Shown here: in pieces, positions 1 through 7,081 of the stretch
Numbering within the stretch: position 1 is the stretch's first letter
How the letters are laid out: every line of letters begins with the position of its first letter
Assembly: GCA_013152035.1 (NCBI GenBank)
Contig: JAADHB010000026.1
Location: 1 to 56,610, forward strand
DNA from: a bacterium
GTDB taxonomy: Bacteria; Patescibacteriota; Minisyncoccia; UBA9983
DNA: 56,610 nt
Direction: 5' to 3'
Made by a program: the position numbers and the translations under genes
The notes under the pieces: model-generated
What the model saw: the letters and a program-made list of their open reading frames with translations, nothing else
Database searches by the model: none
Told to the model about the DNA's origin: nothing

Positions 1-90
1 CGCCTTTTTGCCTATTTCCTTCCTGAATTTGGCGGGAACGGCCATTCTTTTCTTCGTATCAAGATTGTGTTTGTATTCGCCTATTAACAT
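1..90 (-). CDS. mraZ: MraZ (division/cell-wall cluster regulator), N-terminal fragment running off the left edge
   Basis: Reverse translation from ATG at 90..88 gives MLIGEYKHNLDTKKRMAVPAKFRKEIGKKA. This matches the conserved MraZ N-terminus (GEY.H..D.KGR..VPAKFR). It is absent from the ORF track because the window truncates it. Confidence 0.75.
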   Translation of the reverse strand, partial: MLIGEYKHNLDTKKRMAVPAKFRKEIGKKA

Positions 91-197
91 ATGATTTTAT
101 TAGAGAACGAAGTGAATTTTAGAAAATCATCACCCCGCCCTCTATGCTTGTTATTCTTTTGTTGCCTGGAGTTTCCTCCTTCGCTAAAGCTTCGGAG

Positions 198-343
198 GAT
201 GGATAACTTTTGTTAATTGCAAAGCAATTAACAAAAGTTATCCACACTATCCACAGGTTTATCCACTTTCACCCACTTTAATAACACTATACACCACCCT
301 TCCCCATTCTCCAAACCCAAAAATCCACAAAACTGTGGATAAC
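198..343. promoter_or_regulatory. Cluster of GTGGAT(AAC)/TTATCCACA boxes upstream of mraZ (MraZ-operator-like direct repeats; also matches the DnaA-box consensus)
   Basis: TTATCCACA 238-246, cTATCCACA 247-255, TTATCCACt 259-267, ACCCAC 271-276, ATCCAC 323-328, TGTGGATAA 334-342, and GGATAAC 201-207. On the mraZ strand there are four GTGG[A/G]T direct repeats with 9-12 bp spacing. Confidence 0.5.
201..243. repeat. Perfect palindrome with 20-bp arms and a 3-nt loop, ends formed by GGATAAC/GTTATCC
   Basis: ggataacttttgttaattgc-aaa-gcaattaacaaaagttatcc, read directly from the sequence. Confidence 0.9.
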
Positions 344-362
344 ATTCCATCCGCCAAAATTG

Positions 363-395
363 CAAAAAAAATAGCCCGGACGCTTCCATGTCCAG
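363..395 (-). terminator. Putative intrinsic terminator after CDS 421..852
   Basis: Minus-strand CUGGAC-AUGGAAGC-GUCCGG stem (one G-U pair) followed by GCUAUUUUUUUU. Confidence 0.45.
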
Positions 396-420
396 ACTAT
401 GAAACGAAATGAAAAGGTTT

Positions 421-852
421 CTACTTCTTGTTCTTGTTTGTGGGAAAAACCTCCTTCCTTACTATTACGATCCTGTTGCCGAGGAGGACAAATCTAACCC
501 CCGGCATCCTTAACGCGCCAGGAACCCCCTTAAAAATCCTGGATCCATCTTTCGACAAAATCCAGAAGGTCCCTTTTTCCCCGGCGGAATTACCTACCTC
601 ATAGGTAATTCCGATCCTCTCTGCCAGCTGATTGAATGGCGCCGGCCGACCAATAACCGTAACCCCGACAACAATGCCGATTCCCCATATTATCAGACCG
701 GCGGCGACCCCAAAAATCGCCGACACTCCAGCTCTCTCCCAAGAGCTGGAGTGTTCAGCTCTTATTAATCCGTTTACCAAGTAAAGAATGTAGGCAGCCG
801 CAACCGCAGCCACAATAAGTAAAACTTGATTCCAGTTTGTAGGGTCTACCAT
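421..852 (-). CDS. Hypothetical membrane protein (2-3 TM helices plus a C-terminal soluble domain)
   Basis: 143-aa ORF with an AAGGAGG SD 6 nt upstream of the ATG at 852. Hydrophobic N-terminal half. No family recognised. Confidence 0.6.
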   Translation of the reverse strand: MVDPTNWNQVLLIVAAVAAAYILYLVNGLIRAEHSSSWERAGVSAIFGVAAGLIIWGIGIVVGVTVIGRPAPFNQLAERIGITYEVGNSAGEKGTFWILSKDGSRIFKGVPGALRMPGVRFVLLGNRIVIVRKEVFPTNKNKK

Positions 853-927
853 TCCACACCTCCTTAAAATTCTTAGTATTCAATTTTTAAAGCGGCCGTA
901 AAACGACCGTGCCAATTTACTACCCAC

Positions 928-957
928 AGCATACCACACAAACCCCATTTTTGTCAA
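928..957 (-). promoter_or_regulatory. Sigma70-like promoter for CDS 421..852
   Basis: Minus strand: TTGACA (957..952), 18-nt spacer, TGTGG-TATGCT (938..928). About 75 nt of leader follows, ending in the SD. Confidence 0.45.
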
Positions 958-987
958 TCCCTCCGCTCGCGAGTGGCTTGGTTAGGT

Positions 988-2457
988 TTAGCCCTTAGGT
1001 CTTAGCGTTGGGAACAGGATTACCTCTTTTACATTATGGGTGTCCGTAAGGAGCATAATGAGCCGATCTATGCCTATTCCGAATCCCGCCGCCGGCGGCA
1101 TTCCGTATTCCATCGCCTCCAAATAATCCTCGTCGCTCGGGGAAACATCTTTCTCGCCCGCCTCTTTCGCTTTGTCCTGCTCGGCGAACCTCTCCCGCTG
1201 GTCAACCGGATCGTTCAGTTCCGAAAAACCGTTCACAATCTCCACTCCGCCCACGACAAGCTGAAACCTGTCAATAAGGTCTTTGTCGCCGTCCTTTCTT
1301 TTCGCCAGCGGCGAAGCGCCGACGGGATAATCAACGATGAAGGTCGGCTCTACTATTTTCGGTCGGCACAGTTTTTTGTAGATGTTGTCCAGTATTTTTT
1401 CTTTGGATTCAAACTTTTCAACTTTCACTCCGGACTGCTTCGCCTTCAGCGCGATGTCCTCGCGCGGAGCGTTTTTCGGGTCGGCTATCAGCGCGCGGCT
1501 CCTCAAGACATTATAATATGAAATCACACTGAACTTTTTGGCGAAAGAAATTTTATTGCCGTTGAATTCAAACTGGTTTTTGCCGAGTGTTTTCTTGGCG
1601 AGGTTTTTCATAAACTTTTCAATGAAATTCCGCAGCTGCTCCGCGTCCCAATAAGCCGCGTACATTTCAAGCATCGTGAATTCCGGATTATGGGTCGCGT
1701 CAATCCCTTCATTGCGGAAGTTTCTCCCCATCTCGTAAATTTTTTCAAAGCCGCCGATGAGCAGTTTTTTAAGGTAAAGCTCCGGAGCTACTCTCAAAAA
1801 CAAATCAATATCAAGCGCGTTATGGTGGGTTTTGAACGGCTCCGCCAGCGCCCCCCCGGCGAGCGGCTGAAGGACCGGCGTTTCAACTTCCAAAAACCCG
1901 TCTTTGTTCAAGAAATCCCTCACCTCGGAAATCAGTTTTGAACGCAGGAGAAATTTTTCCCTGACCTCGCCGTTCGCCAGCAGGTCAAGATAGCGTTTTC
2001 TGAACCTTTCCTCAACATCCTGCAACCCGTGCCATTTGTCCGGCAGGGGGCGGAGGGATTTCGCCGCCATTTTCCACTTGGATATTTTCAGCGTCTTTTC
2101 TTTCTTTTTCGTGACGAAAAGCGACCCGCGAATTTCAAGAAAATCCCCCACATCCACCGCGCCGAGAAAAAGCCGGTGGCTTTCCTCCCCAACTTCGTCC
2201 CTTTTTATGTACGCCTGCATTTTCGCGGTTCCGTCAAAAACGTCAAAAAAGACGGACCCCCCGTGGCCGCGGATCGCCATTATTCTGCCGGCAAGGCAGA
2301 GCGGCTTTTTCCTCTTTGACAATTTGGCGAAATTTTCCAGCGTTTCCGCCACGCTGAAATCGCGGCAAACCGAAACAGGGTAAGGGTTGACGCCCTCGCC
2401 TTTCAGAATCTCCAATTTCTTTACGCGATCGTTTCGTATTTCTTCCAAAGAGCTCAT
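988..2457 (-). CDS. lysS: Lysyl-tRNA synthetase, class II
   Basis: 489 aa. OB-fold N-terminus, class II motifs (FRNEG, GIGIDRL), typical LysRS length and layout. Confidence 0.95.
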   Translation of the reverse strand: MSSLEEIRNDRVKKLEILKGEGVNPYPVSVCRDFSVAETLENFAKLSKRKKPLCLAGRIMAIRGHGGSVFFDVFDGTAKMQAYIKRDEVGEESHRLFLGAVDVGDFLEIRGSLFVTKKKEKTLKISKWKMAAKSLRPLPDKWHGLQDVEERFRKRYLDLLANGEVREKFLLRSKLISEVRDFLNKDGFLEVETPVLQPLAGGALAEPFKTHHNALDIDLFLRVAPELYLKKLLIGGFEKIYEMGRNFRNEGIDATHNPEFTMLEMYAAYWDAEQLRNFIEKFMKNLAKKTLGKNQFEFNGNKISFAKKFSVISYYNVLRSRALIADPKNAPREDIALKAKQSGVKVEKFESKEKILDNIYKKLCRPKIVEPTFIVDYPVGASPLAKRKDGDKDLIDRFQLVVGGVEIVNGFSELNDPVDQRERFAEQDKAKEAGEKDVSPSDEDYLEAMEYGMPPAAGFGIGIDRLIMLLTDTHNVKEVILFPTLRPKG

Positions 2458-2924
2458 GATATATCAAGGATTTTATACTTTATTTCTCCGTTGGGGCTTT
2501 TCACGGCAAACTCATCGCCCTTTTTTCTGCCCATAAGCGCCGCGCCCATCGGCGACAAGTTTGAAATCTTCGCCTTCGTTATGTCCACCTCCTCCGGTCC
2601 GACGACGCGAAACTCTTTAATGTCGCCCGATCCGGCTTTTTTAATCTTGACTGAGCATCCCAGTTGGACGGTATCCCCGTCGCCGGTTTTTATGACCACC
2701 GCTCTCCTCACCACATCCCCCAAATGCGCTATTCTGTCCTCAAGCATATCAAGCGCCTCTTTCGCCTCCTTGTATTCGGCATTCTCGGAAAGGTCGCCCA
2801 TGCTCTTCGCGTACTCAAGCCGATCGGCGATCTCCTTCCTCTTGTTGGTTTTCAAGTCTTCAAGCTCCTTCTTGATTTCCTCAAACCTCTCTTTGCTCAA
2901 AAACTCCGAGTTATTATTTGTCAT
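2454..2924 (-). CDS. greA: Transcription elongation factor GreA
   Basis: 156 aa. Coiled-coil N-terminus with the DLSENAEY motif and a C-terminal FKBP-like domain. 4-nt overlap with lysS. Confidence 0.95.
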   Translation of the reverse strand: MTNNNSEFLSKERFEEIKKELEDLKTNKRKEIADRLEYAKSMGDLSENAEYKEAKEALDMLEDRIAHLGDVVRRAVVIKTGDGDTVQLGCSVKIKKAGSGDIKEFRVVGPEEVDITKAKISNLSPMGAALMGRKKGDEFAVKSPNGEIKYKILDIS

Positions 2925-2951
2925 ATTAGAGTGTATTGTATTATATAAAGT

Positions 2952-4637
2952 TTATTTTTGCAAACTGTCAAAATATTCCGGCGTGTTCGCGCTCATCCAT
3001 TTGAAAAGTTCCTTGGCGGCATAAAGAGCGCCGACATAGTTTCCAACCGGACCCTTTTCAAGAACTATACTAAAGGCGACCTTCGGATTTTCATACGGTA
3101 AAAAGCCGATAATCCACGAATTAACATGCGTTTTTGAAGATCCTATCTGAGCCGTTCCGCTTTTCGCCGCTATTTTAATATCCAAATTTCTCAGCCCCCT
3201 GGCAGTCCCCTCCGTGACAACCATCCTCATCCCCTCTTTTATTACTCGGAAATAACGCGCGGGGAGATTTGCCGAAGACTCCCAAGGTCTTACCTTGGTC
3301 CCCAAGGTAAGACCTTGGGAGTCCGGATTGAGAATATGCGGGCGGAGAATTTTGCCGTCGTTCGCGAAAGCGGCGGCGAAAACCGCCATCTGAATCGGAG
3401 TTACCTGGAAAAATCCCTGCCCGATACTGGCGTTGTAAGTGTCGCCGATTCTCCACACGGAGTCGTTTTTTCTTTTCATTTTCCACTCCGGACTCGGCAC
3501 CAGCCCCTTCGCCTCGCCCGCCAAATCAACGCCCGTTTTTGACCCCAACCCGAACTTCTCGGCATACTCCTTTATCTTTTTTATTCCCAGGCCCTTTATG
3601 TTTTCAAAGCCCCCGCCCACCTCGTAAAAATAAACATTTGAAGAATGGGCGAGCGCTTGGCGCATATCAACCCACCCCTGCTTTTTCCAATCGTAAAAAA
3701 CGCTTCTCTTGTCCGGGAAATACGGATTCGGAATGGAAATGCTTCCCGAGCTGAAAATTTTCTTTTCCGGGGTGATGTTGCCTTCGTTCAGCGCGCCGAT
3801 GGCGACAAGCGGTTTGACTATTGAGCCGGGCGTGTACACGCCGGAGACGGCCCTGTTCAAAAAAGGGTTGTCTTTGTCATTGATGAATTCATTGATTTTT
3901 TCTCTCGGCCCCCCGGCGGAAAGAACGCCCGAGTCATATTCGGGATAATTCGTGAGAGCCAATACGCCGCCGTTTTTTATGTCCAAAAGCACTCCGGCGC
4001 CGCCGTGAAAACCGCGATCCCGAATAATTTTTTCCATCGCCTTGTAAAACTCCGACTGAACTCTCGCGTCAATGGTCAGATGAATATCGTCCCCGTCCTC
4101 GGGCGCCTCCTGAACGCTTTCCGACACCGAATTGTTTTGCGAATCTGTTTCCAGTAGCTTCAGCCCCGGCTTGCCCGCCAAAACCGATTCGTATTCCCTC
4201 TCAACGCCCGCCTTCCCCACCGGCAAATCATGCAGAATTTTGCCGTCCCGCTCCCGCGGCAATCCGACATAACCCAAAATATGGCTCAAGCCGGGCAGGT
4301 CGGAATAGACCCTTGACTCCGGTCCGTTCCACGCCAGCTTCATTCCGTTTCTGTCGTATATCACCCCCCTGTTCGGGAGAATCGGCGCCGTTCTTAATCT
4401 GTTGTTTTCTCCTCTGGCGAAGAATACCGCCCCCTGCACCGCCTGCAAGTAGAAAATCTTGGCGAAAAAAAATACCATCACGGCGGCGAAAAAAATCGCC
4501 ACGCCGGTAAAAGTTTTCCTGCCGATCGGCTTCTCCACGCGCCCCTCAAAACGCCCCGTGTCAAAATCGGGGATGTTTTTGGAATCCATAAAAATTTCGT
4601 CGGGATAAATTTGAGATTCTCTTTTTTTTCTTCTCAT
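2952..4637 (-). CDS. mrdA: Penicillin-binding protein 2 (elongasome transpeptidase)
   Basis: 561 aa. N-terminal TM, SxxK (GSIVKP), SxN (SSNVYF), KxG (KSGTA). Located directly after mreBCD. Confidence 0.9.
   Translation of the reverse strand: MRRKKRESQIYPDEIFMDSKNIPDFDTGRFEGRVEKPIGRKTFTGVAIFFAAVMVFFFAKIFYLQAVQGAVFFARGENNRLRTAPILPNRGVIYDRNGMKLAWNGPESRVYSDLPGLSHILGYVGLPRERDGKILHDLPVGKAGVEREYESVLAGKPGLKLLETDSQNNSVSESVQEAPEDGDDIHLTIDARVQSEFYKAMEKIIRDRGFHGGAGVLLDIKNGGVLALTNYPEYDSGVLSAGGPREKINEFINDKDNPFLNRAVSGVYTPGSIVKPLVAIGALNEGNITPEKKIFSSGSISIPNPYFPDKRSVFYDWKKQGWVDMRQALAHSSNVYFYEVGGGFENIKGLGIKKIKEYAEKFGLGSKTGVDLAGEAKGLVPSPEWKMKRKNDSVWRIGDTYNASIGQGFFQVTPIQMAVFAAAFANDGKILRPHILNPDSQGLTLGTKVRPWESSANLPARYFRVIKEGMRMVVTEGTARGLRNLDIKIAAKSGTAQIGSSKTHVNSWIIGFLPYENPKVAFSIVLEKGPVGNYVGALYAAKELFKWMSANTPEYFDSLQK
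3277..3323. repeat. Nested palindromic element inserted in frame in mrdA
   Basis: gactcccaaggtcttaccttgg-tcc-ccaaggtaagaccttgggagtc: 22-bp perfect arms, each arm itself a CCAAGG..CCTTGG hairpin. It encodes DSQGLTLGTKVRPWES. The same core occurs at intergenic site 56226-56270. Confidence 0.85.
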
Positions 4638-4894
4638 TAAATTCGTATTTGCCTTTTAACTCTTTCAATGGCGAAAACCACTATCGCGGATATTGCCGTA
4701 AAAAGCCCGAAGCGGCCGTAAACGCCCGCGGTCTCTCCGCCGTACATCGCGTCCAGAAACAGTCCGGCGAGAACTGCCTCCCAAAATTTGGGAAACAAAA
4801 CGACGAACAAAAACGCCAACAACGCCGTGAAATACCACGGCGCGAAAAAGACACTCAAAAACAAAACAATATCGGCGATAATTCTCTTCATCAT
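4637..4894 (-). CDS. mreD: MreD-like small membrane protein (assigned by position)
   Basis: Probable start is the ATG at 4894 (MMKRIIADIV...). About 3 TM helices. Lies between mreC and mrdA, with a TAATG overlap onto the mrdA start. Shorter than a typical MreD. Confidence 0.45.
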   Translation of the reverse strand: MMKRIIADIVLFLSVFFAPWYFTALLAFLFVVLFPKFWEAVLAGLFLDAMYGGETAGVYGRFGLFTAISAIVVFAIERVKRQIRI

Positions 4895-4900
4895 TTCAGC

Positions 4901-4914
4901 ATTATACCACACTT
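4901..4914 (-). promoter_or_regulatory. Extended -10 promoter AAGTGTGGTATAAT, 6 nt upstream of the mreD ATG (leaderless-type)
   Basis: Minus strand reads aaagTGTGGTATAATgctgaaATGATG. Confidence 0.5.
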
Positions 4915-4945
4915 TCCCCGAAATCCGACTTCGGGGAAAGTGTGG
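4907..4945. repeat. Perfect hairpin with 16-bp arms overlapping the mreD -10 region
   Basis: ccacactttccccgaa-atccgac-ttcggggaaagtgtgg. Confidence 0.85.
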
Positions 4946-4964
4946 AGACTTAATCTCCAAGTGG

Positions 4965-4992
4965 TGGACAAATTAAACTGGCGTGGTATGGT
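4965..4992 (+). promoter_or_regulatory. Plus-strand promoter for the small ORF 5024..5197
   Basis: TGGACA (4965-4970), 16-nt spacer, TGG-TATGGT (4984-4992). Confidence 0.4.
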
Positions 4993-5023
4993 TTAAGTAG
5001 AAATAAAAACTAAAGGAGGTTTT

Positions 5024-5197
5024 ATGCCAGAAACAAAAGAAAAGACTGAAAAAGAGAGAAAAACAAAACAACAAATAAGAGAAGAGCTTATCAAGGAATA
5101 TGAAAAACTCGGTTGGGAGAAGTTCCTTGATGAGATAGTAGGAATGATGTACGAAGTTCAAGAGGAGTTGGAGGACTACAGAATGGGAAGGAAGTAG
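5024..5197 (+). CDS. Small highly charged helical protein (57 aa), opposite strand, inside the mre operon
   Basis: Below the ORF-track size cutoff. AAAGGAGG SD 4 nt before the ATG. Sequence: MPETKEKTEKERKTKQQIREELIKEYEKLGWEKFLDEIVGMMYEVQEELEDYRMGRK. A hairpin plus T-run follows. Confidence 0.45.
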   Translation: MPETKEKTEKERKTKQQIREELIKEYEKLGWEKFLDEIVGMMYEVQEELEDYRMGRK

Positions 5198-5203
5198 TCT
5201 AAC

Positions 5204-5245
5204 CCCCCACTTGGAGATTGAGTCTCCAAGTGGGGGTGTTTTTTA
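5204..5245 (+). terminator. Family-1 palindrome acting as an intrinsic terminator for the small plus-strand ORF
   Basis: cccccacttggaga-ttgag-tctccaagtggggg (14-bp arms) followed by tgttttttatt. Confidence 0.6.
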
Positions 5246-6040
5246 TTTGGGGGTTAGGGTTATGTATTTCAGTTCTTGGAGATTGAGCGGGAGGCGGAAG
5301 AGGATTTTTTGGAAGGGGTCGGCGGGATTGACTTGGATTTTTTCCACGATGCCGATAACCAGGGAATTGACGCCGAGGGTGGCGACTCGTTCGCCGATTT
5401 TAACTTCAACGGCCCTCGGAAGTATGATTTCAAGATTGCCCCCGCCCCGCCCGGAAGCGGCAACCGCCACCCCGGATTCGCCGAGCGCGACGGTTGTTTC
5501 TTCGCCCGGAAAGGAAATCATCCTGACCTTGCTTGTTGACGGAAAAACCTCGGAAACATAGCCCACCAGAATATCTCCGTAAGCCGCCGCCTCCATCCCT
5601 TTCTCAACTCCATCCTTTGAACCGGCGTCCAAAATCAAAGTGTCGTAAGGAGAGCGGGGCGGACGGGAAAGAATCGCGGCGGCGATTCTCTTTTCCTCCC
5701 CCGCGCGCGACAAAATCGCCTTCAATTCTTCGTTCTCCTTTTTTATTATTCCGTACGACAAAAGCTTCGCGGCGGTGGTGGAAACTTCCTCCTTCAAGCC
5801 GCGATTCTCCTCTTCAAGCGCTTTTTTTTCTTTCATTATCGCGATGTTTCCGCCAAACCACTCCCCGACCGAATTGCTCATTTTTAAAAACGGCCGCGCC
5901 GCCCCCATCACCGGAACGGACACCAGGCGAGCCGCGGAATCATTGAATATCATCAAAACCAAAAAAAGCGCGGCAGCCGCGACGGCAAAAACCGCCCTCT
6001 TGCCGCCCCTTTTTTTATTGCGGTGGTAATTCATCTTCAT
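5243..6040 (-). CDS. mreC: Rod shape-determining protein MreC
   Basis: 265 aa. N-terminal TM, coiled coil, then two beta-barrel-like segments. Lies directly downstream of mreB. Confidence 0.85.
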   Translation of the reverse strand: MKMNYHRNKKRGGKRAVFAVAAAALFLVLMIFNDSAARLVSVPVMGAARPFLKMSNSVGEWFGGNIAIMKEKKALEEENRGLKEEVSTTAAKLLSYGIIKKENEELKAILSRAGEEKRIAAAILSRPPRSPYDTLILDAGSKDGVEKGMEAAAYGDILVGYVSEVFPSTSKVRMISFPGEETTVALGESGVAVAASGRGGGNLEIILPRAVEVKIGERVATLGVNSLVIGIVEKIQVNPADPFQKILFRLPLNLQELKYITLTPK

Positions 6041-7067
6041 ACTGGACTAAAACATCCTTAAGCTTGTCAATATCCTCCAAAACGATTCCCGTCCCCCTGA
6101 CGACGGATATCAGCGGATCTTCCGCGGTGTAAACCGGTATTTTAATTTCGGATTCAAAAAGCTCCGGCAAGCCCTTCAAGAATGACCCTCCGCCAACCAT
6201 CACGATTCCCCGGTGCATAATGTCCGAAACGAGCTCGGGAGGAGTTTCCTCTATCACCTCCTTGGTGGCTTTTACGAGGGCGCGAATTGACTTGATTATC
6301 GCTTCGCGAATGTCGGCGTCCGTGACGGCGACTTCTCTCGGCAGTCCCGTCACCAGATCCCTGCCGCGAATGCTTGCCTCCAGCCCCTCCGTTTCTTTGG
6401 CGACGGAACCGATCGCTATTTTGACATCCTCGGCGGTTTTCTCGCCGAGCAGAATTTTGAACTCGTCTCTCGCGTATTGGACAATGTCCGCGTTGAGCCG
6501 GTCTCCGGCGATTCTCATATTTTTTGAAGCCACCACGCCGCCGAGAGAAATGACCGCGATGTCCGTCGTTCCGCCCCCTATGTCAATCACCATATTGCCC
6601 ACCGGCTCTTGGACGGGGAGCCGCACCCCGATGGCGGCCGCCATCGGCTCTTCAACAATGTACGCCTCCCGCGCCCCCGCGTTCTTCGCCGCGTCCCGAA
6701 CGGCGCGAATTTCAACATTCGTTATTCCGGAGGGAACCCCTATCACGACTCTCGGGCGAAGCCAAAGCCGCGCCACTTCCTTGTGCACTTTTCTTATGAA
6801 ATAAGCGAGCATCTCCTCCGTGATTTCAAAATCGGAAATAACCCCTTCCACGAGCGGACGAACGGCGACGATATGGCTCGGCGTCCTGCCGACCATCCTC
6901 TTCGCCTCGTTTCCTATCGCAACAACCTGTCCGGTCTTTTGGTTTACCGCCACCACGGACGGCTCGTTTATGACAATCCCGTGCCCGCGAACATAAACAA
7001 GCGTATTGGCGGTCCCCAAGTCAATGCCGATGTCGTTTGAAAAAAAGTTGTAGAATTTGTTTAACAT
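6015..7067 (-). CDS. mreB: Rod shape-determining protein MreB (actin homologue)
   Basis: 350 aa. Motifs DLGTANT, VIDIGGGTT and GGGSFLKGL. Confidence 0.95.
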   Translation of the reverse strand: MLNKFYNFFSNDIGIDLGTANTLVYVRGHGIVINEPSVVAVNQKTGQVVAIGNEAKRMVGRTPSHIVAVRPLVEGVISDFEITEEMLAYFIRKVHKEVARLWLRPRVVIGVPSGITNVEIRAVRDAAKNAGAREAYIVEEPMAAAIGVRLPVQEPVGNMVIDIGGGTTDIAVISLGGVVASKNMRIAGDRLNADIVQYARDEFKILLGEKTAEDVKIAIGSVAKETEGLEASIRGRDLVTGLPREVAVTDADIREAIIKSIRALVKATKEVIEETPPELVSDIMHRGIVMVGGGSFLKGLPELFESEIKIPVYTAEDPLISVVRGTGIVLEDIDKLKDVLVQYEDELPPQ

Positions 7068-7081
7068 TCAGTTATTAGTTA

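Noticed and set aside
198-343. Chromosomal replication origin (oriC), suggested by multiple perfect DnaA-box 9-mers plus a long palindrome
   Set aside because: There is no dnaA or dnaN nearby. There is also no switch in gene orientation: mraZ to the left and about 23 kb of genes to the right are all on the minus strand, so an origin here would put nearly the whole window head-on to replication. The same 9-mer is scattered in other spacers. I keep it only as a secondary hypothesis in the findings. A GC-skew analysis of the full contig would settle it.
1036-1521. Long antisense ORFs in the six-frame track (for example 1036..1521+, 2491..3024+, 6220..6804+, 12781..13389+, 16462..17196+, 17983..18564+, 21437..22087+, 31621..32124+, 36325..37050+, 49064..49789+, 50624..51103+)
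   Set aside because: Each lies fully inside, and opposite to, a gene with clear family motifs. Their products are low-complexity (S/P/R/F-rich) shadow translations with no SD or promoter.
5211-5561. Plus-strand ORFs starting MEIESPS... (5211..5561, 33316..33600), which suggested a repeated protein family
   Set aside because: The shared peptide is a by-product of translating the palindromic element. Both ORFs are antisense to mreC and gatB respectively, and they begin inside the hairpin.
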